Positions 23,680 through 38,475 of a DNA stretch of 64,000 bases are shown piece by piece. Location of the stretch: the NCBI RefSeq assembly GCF_009914755.1, contig NC_060933.1; one strand, written 5' to 3'. The notes under the pieces were generated by a model that was given only the letters and a program-made list of their open reading frames with translations, was not told the origin of the DNA and made no database searches. Position numbers and translations under genes: made by a program. The stretch's first letter is position 1; every line of letters begins with the position of its first letter. Origin of the DNA: the human T2T-CHM13v2.0 reference genome, Homo sapiens.

Positions 23680-26010
23680 GTTTTTTTAATTATGAAAGAA
23701 TTTAATCACAGAAAATAACTGACATCCCTGCACCTACCATCAAGACAAAATCTTAAAGTTTTGTCATATTTGCTTCAAATATTTTTGTCAAGGAAAATAA
23801 AATGTTACAGATATGGCCAAAATCCTATTGTCCTGAAGCCAGAAGTCATTATATGTATGAAGTTTGGGGCTTCTTTTCCCTACATGTTTCCCATGCATGG
23901 TTTATATTTTCCTACATATGTATATATTCATAAATATTTTAGGAAAATTTTACATAAATGACACTATGCTGAACCTTTCTTTTGCAACTTGCCTTTTCAT
24001 TCAACATTATGTTTCTGAGATTTATCCAGATTGGCAGTCCATTCGTTTTAATTGTTGCAATTTATCCTATTGTGCAAATATACCTACTGAGGGACAGTTT
24101 GTTTATGCGTTTGTTTGCTTAATATGCTTTTTCACTGTCATAAATGTTTTTGCAGAAAATATTCTTATTTTTGTCTCTTTGTGCATATATGCAAGAGCTC
24201 TCTTAGTTTGACACATAGCAGAATTGCTAGGGGATAATTACATTTGCCAGTTGTTTTCTGCTGCATTATAGAAGCAACCTTGATATTTGTATATCAATTT
24301 CTTTGAAGAAATTTTAAAAACCTCTATTATTAATTTTATGAGTATGTCATATATTCTGTAGTTTTTTTTCAGACAATTACATCATCTATAAGTGGCAGCA
24401 GATTTATTTCTTCTTTTCCAATTGTCATGTTTTTTACTTTTTTGCCTTGTCTTATTGCTTTGGTTAAGAACTCCCCTGTAACGTTGGATAGAGGCAGTGG
24501 TAGAAAACATCTTTGCCTTGTTGCCGACTTTAAAGAAAATATTTCAAGTGTTTTACTATTGAATTATGAATAAACGTGGATTTTTACTTTTTTCTTGCTC
24601 CCTACCATCATCTACTTTGGATTACTTAATTTGGTTTAATCCCCTATTTCCTTCCTTTATTGGTTAAAAATTATATTTCTTTTTTTAAATTACTTTAGAA
24701 TTTTAAATATACATATTTGACAACACAAACTGAAGTTCATCAATAGCTCCATGATTCTCTTAAACAATCAATGACCATTCTTTGGCTACTTCGAGCTCTT
24801 ATATGTCATCCTTCATTTTTATATTTTCCTTAAAATTTTCACCTTTTTTTCAGTTGGGCTTCTTTGAATTTACCTGTATTCATCAGTTTCTTTGCTTACT
24901 ATTCCTCTCCTACTGTAATTTGCTCATGAAGTTTATCCTTTAGCAATCCTTTCAGCAAGAGTCTAGTACTGTTGATGAAGAGATTCCAATTCTGAAGAGA
25001 TTTATTGTGAGCTAAATATGAGTGACCACGCCCTGTGACACAGCCTGCAGGAGACCCTCAGAACATGTGCTCAAAGTGGTCAGGGTGAAGCTTGGTTTCA
25101 TACATTTTAGGGAAATATGAGACATCAATCAAATACATTTAAGATATACATTGGTTTGATCCAGAAAGTGGAACAATCTGAAGGGGAGAGCTTTCAGGTT
25201 ATAGGTAGATTTAAAAATTTTCTGATTGGCAATTTGTTGAAAGAGTCATTATCAATAGAAAGGAATGTCCGGTTTGATAAGAGGTTATGGAGACCAAAAT
25301 TTTATCATACAGATGAAGCCTCCAGGTAGCAGGCTCCAGAGAGAATAGACTGTAAATGTTTCTTATCACACTTAAAGTCTGTGTAGATGGTAAATGCTGG
25401 TCAACTTTTCCTGAATTCCAAAAGGGAGGAGGGTATAATGAGGCATGTCTGACCCTCCAACTTTGTCATGAGTTGGGGGGTTAAATCCTCCACCTCTTTT
25501 GGTGCTCTGAAATTTCAATATAATATGTCTAAGTGTGAATTTATACTAGCTAGGACTTATTGTGTATCCTGAATATTAAGTCATGTTTGTCACTAATTCT
25601 GTAAAACTCTCAACCATTGCTGCTTCAAATATCTTTTCTGCAACATCTATGTGTATCTTCTCATTCTTTCACTCCATCTCTTAGCCCATCTCGTTGCTGC
25701 TTTTTAATTTCCAGAAATTCTGTGTGTTTTTAAAATTATTTTTATAGTGTCATTTTCTGTGCTTATGGTTTTAGTTTGTCTTTAATTATATTAAATGCAA
25801 TTATGTATTTTCAGATTGTCCTATTATCTGAAAATATTGGCACTCTGATCCTCCTGTTGGTTGTGTCTGCTTTCTTTAGCTCATGGTGGACTGTTTCCTT
25901 ATATTTGTGGTTTTTGTTTAGCTCCAGTTTAGCCGAGCTTACTTCTTCTGTAAGGTTCATGTAGACCTTAGGTGTTGAGAGTATCACTTTGGAGGAATTT
26001 TGCATAAATG
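23680..26010 (-). mobile_element. Fragmented old L1 (L1ME-like), interrupted by an LTR
   Basis: ttttcattcaacattatgtttctgagattta; ctttgccttgttgccgactttaaag; ctgaaatttcaatataatatgtct. Confidence 0.55.
24970..25475 (-). mobile_element. MER4-family (ERV1) LTR
   Basis: gaacatgtgctcaaagtggtc...catacattttaggga...gatgaagcctccaggtagcaggct...gagagaatagactgtaaatgtttcttatca. Confidence 0.75.
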
Positions 26011-28334
26011 TTTGTTGCCCTTGGGTTTAATTTCTATATTCAGCAACCAAACTTGTAAAGTCTCAAACGTATCGTCAAAGTTGATCTTTCCTTGTAGTCT
26101 TCCTATACCAACAGGTGGATTATATAGAACACTTTCAGTTTACCTGTGAATTGAAAGGGAAGGAGAGAGGGATAACCATTGTTTGTAGGTATTTGCAGTG
26201 GAATGTTTTCATGCCATTTTTGTTTCATGAATACATTCATTCATTCATTCCACAAACACTTATTCAGTAACTACATTTTTCCCCAAGGCATTATGTCTTT
26301 TGCCATTTTGGATACTTTACATAGTAACTATCCTTCTGTAACTTGGATCTCACTAAGTTCTTCATAGAGCCGGGACTGTTGGGCCATGCTTGAAATGTGT
26401 GTGACAGATCCAAGGTGGTAATGAGACATATAAGCTGCTCATAGTGGAATGCTGATGTGCATTTTCTTGGTGATTTTAATTGTATGAGCAGAGTTTTGAC
26501 TTGGGGATGTTTTGTTTATTTGTGGCAGTTGGTGGGGAGAACAGATGCCAACCAGCCTCTACAATTCAAAGTTGCTGATGACTGAGGAGCCTGCCTGGGA
26601 CTCACCCAGAAGGCTGAAATAGTGGTAGAGAAGCTGCCTGACAATACAGCAGGCAACATAAAAGGTCTTATGGGGACCACAAGTCAGGAGCAGCATTGCC
26701 CCTGGTAATCCTTGAATTTCTTATAGACCAAAAGGAAAAGTTAAGATGCCACTGGAGAGAGAACAAAGTTTGTAGATTACGAGAGCACCTACAGGGAAAA
26801 GCTGAAAGGGAGAGGATTAACAGTGGGAGGAAAGCAGAATGGATCAAGAAGTATATGTAATGGACATGGCAGGCAGTTCTGAAAACCAAATCCTTGAATG
26901 ACAGACATTCAGAAAAATTTCTCTTTTGTACATCTCCCAGTCTCAGCTGATCTTGAATTGTAGCTTGTAGTCCTGGCCAGATCCCTTAAAAATAGGATAG
27001 TGATTTTAAAAGCCAGGATATAAACTTTTCTATCACTTTTCAGACAGAATCGCTAAAATTTCAAGGTAGTCCACAATGATATTTCTGGCTGACAGGTCAT
27101 AGCTCTTTACTGCTCTGGTTCTACCAGAGCAAGCTGAAACAATGCTGAGCCAGACAAAAGCTAGAGAAGTCAGATGGTGCAGGAAAAGGAGAAAATTGAC
27201 AATCTTTAATGAACATGAGGACATCTATTTTCTCATCATTTTTTCTCCTTAAACTCATAACATTACTTTTTGTTAGAATAAAGGTACTTAAACATACCTC
27301 AAAAATTAAAAAGAGATAAAATTCAAATAGTCTGTGATTTTCATTCTTAGTCCTTTTTCCCTTCCTTCTGCCTTCCCTTCTTCCTTCTCTCCCGTTCCAC
27401 TTCTGTTACTCTTTCTCTCTTCCTGTTTTCTTCCTCCTTCCTTTTTTTCACTGTCATTTCAGCAAAACTTCTCATGCTTGAGACTTTTTTTGTAAAAAGG
27501 ACTTCTCTGAGGAAAAACACATTCTAATTGGTGAGTGAAACATCTGAAAAACAGGAATGTAAACTTCCTGAGGTCTCTCATGCCTTCTCACAGCTAATAC
27601 CAGGCATATTTTCCAAAATGCTTAAGACTGAGATGCCCTGTTTGACAGATATTCCCAGACATCAGTGGATTCCTCTCAAGAAAATTTTACCGTGTTCTCT
27701 ATGAAACCATTAATAACTCAGCCAAGTCTCTTTTATATATATTTGTGCTAATAGCAACTCTAAGTGGAGCTTAGTTACCATAGCAGACAATATTAAGTAC
27801 CAGGAATTGGACAGAATGAATGAAGTTGTTGTTTGATGTGTACAGGTCTGACAGTTTTATCATTTTGATGGTTGCTCATACTTGCAATTTTTATTGCCTA
27901 TTTTTGACAACTCAATTTTCTCAGCTTGAACCTAGCAGGTGATTGTTATAAATTGCAGACTGCAGATAAATAATATGAAGTTCAGCAAGAACTTGATGAT
28001 TTCGAGTGTCTTTCTCTGGGGCCAGAACTTAAAGAATTCCATATCATCACTTTTGGACATTGAATACCATTTCAATGTTTCCCTTATTTTGTGTGTCTCA
28101 GGTTTTGAAAAACGAATTTCTCTTGGCCTTGCTTTTGGCCCTTTACTTGCAGGTGCCCAAATTCAGCAGTGCTGACTGCCCTGTTCCTGAGACTTAGATT
28201 GCAACTCTTACATTTTTACATTTAAGTAACATTGAAAGCTTTTTCTCTAAAGAAGCAAAAGAGGCTTTTTAAAAACTCTGCTAGATCTTATTAAAGTATC
28301 ATAATTTTATCCTTATATAGAATGAGTGAGAAGA

Positions 28335-28475
28335 GAAAACAATTTGATGTCAAAAGCACAGAGTTTGAGTCCTGGCTCTGCCATTTATTGCTAGTATAAA
28401 CTTGGGGAATTTCTTTGGACCCCAATTGCTTCATCTGTGAAATGGAAATAAAAATGACTTCCTTATGGGAACTTC
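28335..28475 (+). mobile_element. MIR fragment
   Basis: gtttgagtcctggctctgccatttattgctag...cttcatctgtgaaatgg. Confidence 0.7.
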
Positions 28476-30414
28476 AAGGGGGGAAAAAAAACGTGGCTGT
28501 ACCTGAATGTGCTTGCCAAGAGGTAGGTGGTTATAAATGTTAACATGAAAATAATGAAAAACAACAGCTTCTACCCAATATAAAACAACAAATTTGAAAA
28601 GAAAACCAATGAAACACACACACACATACACACATACACATACAACCTTGATAGTAAGAGAGGGACTCTGCATAGTTTAATCCCTAGAAATGTGACATTG
28701 CTGGGCTTGAATATTTTTATAATATATATTAAGGTGGTTACTGAATAAGGCTTCAAACAAAGTAATAAAAATTTTTGAGAGTATTTTAAATTGCAATGAC
28801 AAATATAAAGTACTTCTGCATGCATTTTCTTACTTAAACATCATTTGACTAGTGTTTGCAATATCAGAATGAGGACAATACCAATATTCAAGTATCTATT
28901 TTTCATGGTATTGAAATATCAGTGCTAAGTTCTATAATGAGCTATGGTTTCCAGCACCCTTTATCCTTGTCTTTAGATGCTCTTCCAATTGAGTGAGGGT
29001 TCCTCTGTTCTTCAGAATTGAGGCTCTACAAGTAGAGTATTTTGAGATATAGTCCACTCTTAAATTGTCACAAAGAAGAGAAGAGAATGTAGGACTAAGA
29101 AAATGGGTCTGGCACTGGAGGACAAGGAATCAGGAGAGAAGGAAATACTGCTCTCACAGAAATCAGGGGGTTAGACTCCGAGGGAAGGACTGGGAGTTGA
29201 GCATGGAAATATCCCACCCCCTGTCTTTCTGTAATTCCCCTACTATCCCCTTTTCCTATATTCCTTAATGGTTCATCCTTCTCTCCCCATCCTGCCCTTT
29301 CAGAGATAATAAAGACCCAATCTGACTCTGGGGGTGGGGCGGGAAATACAAATCTCATAAGTATAAGATATACAGCCTCACTAGTAATCTATAAAATGGT
29401 AATGATAACTGTAACATACCATGGAAACATTTTGAATGAGAAGGGATAAGGTCAGAATGAAAGTGCCTTTGCTCTTGTCAACATTTTGATGAACTAGATA
29501 AATCTGCACATATCTTAAGATATATTATTCAGGTTTCAGATTTTTTATGTCCCCAAAATTGGTGTTATATCATTAAATACACCATATTTGACATTTGTAT
29601 GGTATTTTAGTATAAAACTGGAGTACTGAAAAAATCAATAGGATAATATTGACCCTATGCAATAGAAATTCATCTTCACTTTTTAAATTTCAAATGAAAA
29701 GGTATAGAGGAGCTAATTGATTTACTTAAGGCTACATTGCCAATAGATGTTACACTTGAGATTTAAATGTAACATAAATGCAACTCTTATATTCCTTCCA
29801 CTACAAATATGTAGGCATAATTATTGGTCTCAGAGTCACATTCAGGAAGTCAACTTTCTCCACTGGATAACAAAGATAGAGTAAGGAAGTCCTTTCTGAT
29901 ATGTTCAGACATACAGAAATGTTGAAATATGAGACTTCTACAATCTGCCCTCCTTTAAGAGCTTAAAGAATATTTTTACATTTTAATCCAGGTAAATCTC
30001 AACTATCTGGAACTCTGGATACAGGCTCATTTTGTTTGATGGAGGTTTAGCTGATAATCAGAAAACTCCTTTGACGTCTATAACTGTTAAGTAACATTCT
30101 TTTAAAAACGTATTTTGAGTGATTTCAAGCATATTCTATATAATAAAACATAATTTAATAATTGCTCAAGTACTTACAACCCAGCTATATAAAATCTTAA
30201 CATTTTGACATTATTTAGTTCAGATTTAAAATAAAATAATAAAAGCATAACTGATATAGTTGAAGCTCCCATGAACCCTTCCATACAGGGTCTTGTCTTC
30301 CTCTTTGCCTCTCCAGTGATCATCACCAAACTGAATTTGATGCATGTAGTTTTCTAAGATTTGAACAATTTTCTAAAATGTGTTTACTTTGTGCCTTAAA
30401 AAGTTCAAAATGCT

Positions 30415-30716
30415 GACCGGGCGTGGTGGCTCACACCTGTAATCCTCGCACTTTGGGAGGCCGAGGTGGGCAGATCACCTGAGGTCAAGAGTTTGAGATC
30501 AGCCTGACCAACATGGAGAAACCCCGTTTCTACTAAAAATACAAAAAATTAGCCAGGCATGGTGGTGCACGCCTGTAATCTCAGCTACTTGGGAGGCTGA
30601 GGCAGTAGAATCGCTTGAACCCGGGAGGCGGAGGTTGCGGTGAGCCGAGATAGAGCGCCGTTGCACTCCAGCCTGGGCAACAAGAGTGAAACTCCATCTC
30701 AAAAAAAAAAAAAAAA
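30415..30716 (+). mobile_element. AluSp
   Basis: Diagnostic cctgaccaacatggagaaacc and gggcaacaagag; TSD-like aaaagtt(c)aaaa(t/c)gct. Confidence 0.93.
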
Positions 30717-30894
30717 GTTAAAACGCTGAGTGCAATTACATGTAGTTTTTTAAATAAGGTATTGACCACAGGTTGTGATTGTAGGCTATCATAGTTGCAG
30801 ATGTTAGGAAATTGGACCAAATACATATATTGACCCAGGCTAAATATTCTAAATTGGCATTTTAAAATAGTCTCTGCTAAAACTGACCTTAATA

Positions 30895-31280
30895 ATTAGT
30901 ATGCGATAGTTTTGCCATAATAACAGACTATGCCTAAATCTCAGTGGCTTAACATATCACAGGCTGATTTCTGACACTGCCAGTCCCATGTGTGTTGGTT
31001 TGAGAGCTTGCTCATCACAATCACTCAGGGACCCATCCTGTTGGTATCTGCATCTCAACAAGCTTTTACGGTCACTCTGGTAAAGGGAAACAAACAAACA
31101 TGGTGATTCACAACACAGGCTTTTATAGCTTCATATTTAATTGATATAGGTCAGTTCCACTCACATTTCGTTAGCCAAAGCAATGGAAATGTGGCCATGC
31201 CCCACTTCAAAGAGAGTAGGGAATTGCATTCCACAAATATATTGAAGGGAACGAGATTCTTTATAGCCTAAATGATTACC
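30895..31280 (-). mobile_element. MLT1 (MLT1J/K-like) LTR
   Basis: aaatctcagtggcttaac...ttccactcacatttcgttagccaaagcaa. Confidence 0.6.
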
Positions 31281-32526
31281 ACAGTTCCCTCATGGTTTAA
31301 TGTCTTCCTACTGAAAAGTAAGTCCCAAATCATCCAGATAATAAAAGGTTTTACTTAGACATATTCTATTTCATAAAGGCATTTGCATGTGCTTGCTGGG
31401 TTTTTTATTCATTAAATAATTTATATAGTAAGTGGTGCTGATAGCATTCCCTGTCACTAAAGAGTTCAAGCAGAGACCAGTTTGCCAAGTGGTAGGAGGC
31501 TGAAGAGAAGATTCTAGTACTACGTGAGTGACTGGACTAGGAGACCATTAACATTTCCTTATGACTCTGAATACCTGTCATTCCAAAGATGACAGTCCTA
31601 GTGACAACCATATATACTGAAGTATCTGGCATCTCCCAGCTTCTACCCCAGCTTTCCTCAATCTGCCACCTGCTTTGTGTTGTTTTCCAGACCACCTTGT
31701 TCCTATGCTGTATACCATGTGGTAACATCACGTGTTCCCTGTGAATTTCCCTGAGAATTAGCATTACAGTACTTTAAACCAAGCATTCTTCATAACGTTG
31801 AATGAATATACCAATACTTTAATCTTCATAGAATTTTACATTCTTGCCTTCCCTCATGGAGCATAAGCCCAGGCAACCATTCCAAGATAATGGCAGACTC
31901 TGAAGTGAACATACTATATTTGTAAGAACTATAAAAGATAGCATCTTGTCTAATGCAGTGTATTATTTTGCACAGGTAGCTGGTAAATTCATTCTTTGCT
32001 TTGTGATGCATTTTTCTGTCACTGAATTAATCCCTCTTTGAATATAATATCAACCAGTCTAGACCATCATTGATATGTGTGGCTGGCCAAGGTATTAGAA
32101 TTTCTCTTGAATCTTAATTCCAAAATTACATGAAGCATAATTTCTAAGCTAATGCAGTGCTATAATAATTTAAGACAACTGCCATTCCAATCTATCTTGG
32201 AGCCTATAAAAACAGACTTTATAGGAAGTCTGCTTTTAAGAGGATGAAATATAAAATGGCAGTCTGTTGAGAGAGTAGCTTGGCAATGTTTAGCAAAATT
32301 TTCAAGACTTTGTATTCTTTTTAGACCCCAAAAGAACACTCCTAATAATCTATCTTACAGAAATAATCATGAATATGACAGATTTTACTGCAAGATAATT
32401 TATCACAAAATTGTTAATAATTATGAAAAATAAAATTCCTGATACTAAACTACAGAGTATTGGTTTTAAAATTCTTGTCCCTTTATATAGTGGACCACTA
32501 TGCATTGATTAAAGAATTATATTGTT

Positions 32527-32856
<330 letters not shown>

Positions 32857-34239
32857 TCAAATTAGATAGTTATGTGAATGCGGGAGGGAATGGCTTCAAA
32901 GCAGTATGTAATCTGAGTTTCCCCAGGCTTCGCCAGTACATGAATCTAGATGACAGTCATGGTATCAGTAAGAATTAAAACACCAGCATCTATTGCTCAG
33001 ACCTGTTCACAGAGGATTCCAACAGCTCTACACAATTGCCAGGTTGAGCCTGAGATTTTCATCTGTGTTCATGAAGCAGTCTCTTGCCTTGTTACCCAGA
33101 GAACTAGCCACCTTTTTCTTTGTCAATTTTGGTCACGCGTATCTGTTTCCTCAAGCAAAGAAACCATGTAAAGTTGCCTCACCCTGCCATTGCTAGCGTT
33201 ACTCACAGGAAGTATGCTAATATTGACCCACTAGTATTATACTTTCTCCACACAGAGCCGGGAAGAAGCCCTGCTCCCAAACTTGATGTCTCACTGTCAC
33301 CTGAACATCAGTGGGGTGCTGTGTCTTAAGGGCAAATATTTAAGGCAGACTTCCATGTCTTTCCTACTATCATTTTTTCTTCTACTTTCTCTATGCAGAT
33401 TAATTCATAAAAATGGCTTTTGTGAACCATCAGACTCACTAACTTCTCAGATATGCCAGGTGTGTTGGTCATGGCAATAGATATTGCAGGCTCCAAGCCA
33501 GATAACCTCTCCAGTCCAACCGGGCAAGACAGATGTAAAATGTGATGCCTTTTTGGAACTATGTGCCTATCAAGTGTATGCCTATAAAGAAAAGGTATGC
33601 ACCAAAATCAGTGTCTGTTTCTGGGTGTTGGGATTAAAAACACATTTTCTGCATTGAACTTGTATTACTTTTTATCAGAAGAAATAAAATAACTATGTTT
33701 AAAGACTGCATTAAATTATTGATGTGTGTAGTATGAAATACAGAATTCTTTATACAAAGTTACAGACTGGTTATGTCTTCTGCAATTTGAAAACTATTTA
33801 TATTCACAAAAGATCCAAAGACATATCATTTCTCAAAGCACAATAGAAATAATGAGAGTTGCTCTTTCTAATACCCAATTGTTTTTACAAGACATTCTAT
33901 GTGGTTTTCACCAGTGCCAAGCCTTAGGGAGTATGACTATAAATAATTATACTCACATTTCACTTGTCAGTCTTGTTTAGGAAAATAAATAATACTTGAG
34001 TACTCTGAATTTCTTTTATTTTAGATTAATAAATTGTTCATTATGTAAAATAGTTTTCCTTATCTTCAGTCTTAGTACTATATTTTCTACATATACTTGT
34101 GTATGTAGCTCTGGCCAGCATACCCACTGATACTCAGTCTTTGTGGTGCATGTACATCAGTAAACAATCTGTGCCCTACTCCCATCCCCATGAACCTACC
34201 ACCACTAAAAACATCCCTCCCCACAGTTAATGATAAAAG

Positions 34240-34400
34240 CATAGACTCTTAGAGCTACATGGGGCCTTAGATCACTTATGCAAATCCCTCGTTTCAGATA
34301 ACATAACAGGTTCATAGAGGTTAAGTAACTTGTCTAAGATCATACAACTGATTATTAACGGAGTCACAACCAAACCTGCAGGTCTTGATTCTGTCCTAAT
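34240..34400 (-). mobile_element. MIR fragment
   Basis: agaggttaagtaacttgtctaagatcatacaact. Confidence 0.65.
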
Positions 34401-34559
34401 CAATGACAAATTTCATACTCAAAAATTTCAAAAACATAACTATAAAACTTATTTCAGAATGTTTATAGCAAGAATGATTTCATAATGGGCAGTGTGGTGT
34501 ATCTTCACATACATAACATGATGAGAGGTGGAGCCTTCAAGATTAGGAGAGCCTAGGGT

Positions 34560-34960
34560 CTGCAAAGATCCTACAGGAGCTTCCAGTCACCTGTCTGAAG
34601 GGGTCAGGAAAGCCAACCAGAGGAATTTACATGTAGACCAATACCTGAAGACGGTGAGGTGGTATTCAAGTGAAGGCATAGGCTCATGGGAGAAGGGCTT
34701 CAGAAGGAAAGGATAGTGTGGCATGGACCAAGACCTATAAAGGTACTGAGAATTTGAAGAGCTAAAAGAGTTTCAAGGCTGGAGCTTAGAGGATGAGACA
34801 GGGAGTAGTGACAGAGGAGACTGGCAAGGTAGGCAGAGGCCAAATCATGCAGTAACTTGCAGGCCAGATTATGCAGTGTATTTATCGTAAGGGCTTTGGG
34901 AAACAAGAGCATTCTTGAATATTTTGAGTTTAGACCTTACCTGGTGATATGAGATCACAG
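34560..34960 (-). mobile_element. L2 fragment
   Basis: ggctggagc...aggtaggcagaggccaaatcatgcag...cttgcaggcca. Confidence 0.6.
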
Positions 34961-35924
34961 AAGTGGTGCTGAGAACCTGGAGCCATGGAAAGGAGACATG
35001 AGCTGAGATTTTCACTATATACAATAGATACCATATTCCTTCAGACTGCAGAATATCTTTCTCACAGGGGAACAAGTGTCATGGCCCCAGTGCTCTCACT
35101 GCCCACTTTCCGTAATACATAGTAGACAGATAAAAATGTGAAAGGAACTCAGTTATTGAAAAACTTCTGAATATAAGGGACTGCATTCTGAACGACTATG
35201 TCACCCTTTCTTATAACTCAGGAAACTTAAAAACACAATCTCAATGGTTGGCCTAACTTTGATACTTTGCAAAGCTGCTTTAGTTTATCTGCTAGTCCCT
35301 GTGGCAGGGGCTTGAAAATATTTTCCCAAGATTTCTAACCAGCATATGTAAGTACAATAACTTTATTCTCTGTCCTAATGTCAACTCTTCTGTCCTATTT
35401 TCCCCATAAATTTACTCCTTCAGCAGACCATGTGTTAGAAAAATGCGGTCACTCTAGCATAAGGGTATCTGATACTTTTTCTCCTGATGCATGATCTGTT
35501 GGATATAAAAGTGATTTGTTTCCCCATATAAATGATTTTTCAGAATTGGACTGGCAAAGTGTTAACTCATCCATATACTCATTATATTTTCTTTAGGAGC
35601 AACAGCTTATATTTGAGGACTGAGACACAGAAAAATAAGGTACATCTATGCCTGAGATAGAGATCTTTATCTCTGAGGTACTAGTTAGCCTGTATGGAGA
35701 TTCATTAATAGCCTTTGGTTTCACTAGCACACTTTTTTCATACTGCAGCACACAGACCACCTGCTTTGGAGTGATTGGAGTTCTTGTTAAAATTCTGAAC
35801 CCAACCACTGATTTTAATCAGAATGGGACGAAACTAGAGATTTGCATTTTATAAGTTTTCAGGTCATTCCAGTAAAGCTTGAGAACTAAATGAATAAAGA
35901 ACCTCACTGTGGGAAGGTACACCA

Positions 35925-36400
35925 GTAGAGTGTGGGAGATGCTCATTTTCTCATGATCTATCCCCAGGGGCCTTGCAAACAGTTCTGGAACAGATAGGAT
36001 TCTCTGTCCTCTGCCTGAGGCTGTTCTCCAGCTGTAGGAACATGCTAGGGCAACAAATAGACTATAATTGACGGGGCATTGGCAGGCTCAGGAGCAGTCC
36101 TCAACTAAAGAAGGAGGGGTGATGGTAGATAAATAATCCAGCTTCCTCATTCCTCAGTGGGACAATTCACAGGAGTTTGATATAGTCTCTGAGAGGGTAC
36201 CAGCAAAATAGAATGCCAGTTGCCCATAGTGATAACACACTCATTAATGGACCTCATTGGCTTCCCTCCCTTTCCCATCCCATCCCATCCCTTTGGGAAG
36301 TGATCCCATCCAACATGTTTCCTGGGATCACTTCACAAATAAACTGCTTACACCCACATCATTGTTTCAAAGTTCACTTTATGGGAAACCCAGTAAGGCA
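35925..36400 (+). mobile_element. LTR16-type ERVL LTR
   Basis: gataaataatccagcttcctc...gggacaattc...ccagttgccc...cctgggatcacttcacaaataaactgct. Confidence 0.7.
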
Positions 36401-36859
36401 GAGAATACATACAGAGTGGAAAAACTTTATTCTAACAAAACTAGGTGATACGATTTGAAGGATAGAGGGCTAAAACAATTTTTAAAGAGATTTGAATTAA
36501 ATCTGAGAGCTATGTGATCCAGGGTACTTATTACCTAATTAAAACTAAGTCAGTGTAGACAATTTCATTTTGTTTATTTTTCATGTTGTATGCCATTATT
36601 TCTGTGTAGGTCCCCATCCTTCTGTGAAATTTAATGGGTTCCACATCCTACCCAACCAACGCATTTTAATCATTTGATATTAAACCCTGCAACTTTTCCT
36701 TGAGAACATCTTCAGATTTTCTGGGGATAAATGTTTGGTATACATTGCATAGAATGTAGATAACTTAAAAATTCATTAATTTTCTTTTGATAGTAGATAA
36801 AATAATCACAGAAAAAAAGTAAAGACTCATTTTCCCTGGAACTACATGTTATTAGACCC

Positions 36860-37266
36860 AATTTCCCAATCTGTTTGTGCTGCTATAAGAAAATATATGA
36901 GCCTGAGTAAATCATAAAAAACAGAAAAGTATTTTTCATGGTTCTGGAGGCTGGAAAGTCCAAGAACAAGGTGCCAGCAAAGTATTTTTCACGGTTCTGG
37001 GGACTGGGAATTCCACGGTCAAGCTTGTCTGGTAAGGGCTGCATCCTCTGGAGGGGACAAACACCATGTCCTCACATGACAGGACAAAAGGCCAAGACAG
37101 CTGAATGCTGTATGAAGCCTCTTTCATAAGGACCTAAATTCTATTTATGAGAGAGGAGCCCTCATAGTCTAATCACCTTTTAAAGATCCCATCTCTCAAT
37201 ACTACCACTTTGGCCATTAAGTTTCAACACCTGAACTTTGGAGGAGACATATTGAAACCATTAGCA
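36860..37266 (-). mobile_element. MST/MLT1A-type MaLR LTR with an internal ~53-bp tandem duplication
   Basis: tgtgctgctataag...ttctggaggctggaaagtccaag...gtttcaacac...aaaccattagca. Confidence 0.8.
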
Positions 37267-37399
37267 CCTAATAATTGCAACTCTATACTGTTAAAATATA
37301 AGTTCCTCTTAGCTGATATTTCCTCAGACTCTTCTTTGGCATCTCCTAAGATGAAACACTTTGAAGCTAAAATATAGTATGCTTTATTTTCAGCTCTGG

Positions 37400-37620
37400 A
37401 GTAAGACAGCATGGTATTTTAGGGAAAGTTTGGATTTGAGGGTCTGACAAAATATCTGTGTGACCTTCAGCAGGTTACTGACCATCTCGGACTTTCAGTT
37501 TTCTAAACTATAAAAAGGTAATAATGATAATACCTGCTTTACTAGCCTGTTTTCAGAGTTAAATAGAGTTTTTAAGGTGCCTAGAACCTGGCAGGCTACA
37601 TTCTCAGTAATCATTAGCTT
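37400..37620 (+). mobile_element. MIR
   Basis: ctgtgtgaccttcagcaggttact...cagttttct...tataaaa...ataatacctgc. Confidence 0.65.
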
Positions 37621-38475
37621 ACAAGACAATCCAGCTAGAGCAAATATGAAAAAGCTAGCCTTGTATCAGTTCACGGGTATTCTTCAGGTTTCTTATCACA
37701 TAGTTTTATTCAACTTGCTCTATTATGTCATTTATTCAGCAACTCATCTTGGGTTAAGAGTTATTTATAGGATTCTGTGTGGTGAACGTCTGTGACCTGC
37801 AAACATGTGATTGACTTTGGCATGATTCCTAGCTCAAGTGAAAGCTCAAAGGGCTGGCTTCTCAACCTAATGACATACACAGAATTTATTCAGTTTGTTT
37901 GCTTCCCACAGAAATTAGCATACTTTGACATAACTGAATGAAAAGAAAAAACAGATAGTTTTGACTCTCTTCAAACACAAGATGCAAAATAGGGAATTAA
38001 TCAGGTCCAAACAGTTTGGAGGTTTATGTGACCACTCTTGCCACTAAAAAACAAGAAGTTGCATGAAATTTTTCCCTTTGGATCGGTCATGCAAATTTGC
38101 ATTGTATAAGCAATCACAAATTCTGTGACACATGCTTCCAAGGAAAATTAAGACCTTGGTTGGTTGTTTAATGTGCATAATGTGACTGCTTAGCGTATTT
38201 GAGAATGTCATGCTATAGAGAATTTCATGGTAAGTTCTTATTGGCAAATTCTGTTCACTGTGGGAATCCTTTATTTGTGAAAATATTTTTATCACATACA
38301 TCCCTTATCCTCCAAAAATATTTTGTCTTCTCTTGTCTTACCTATGTGGTTGCATATTTAGAAGTCTAGTTATCCCTCCCTGGCCTCAACCTTTTGAGGG
38401 CTGGGGTAATATCATTTCCATCTTCATATCCCTCAAGGCTTGCTATTGAACAGTTATGTGCACAAAGCATATGCT

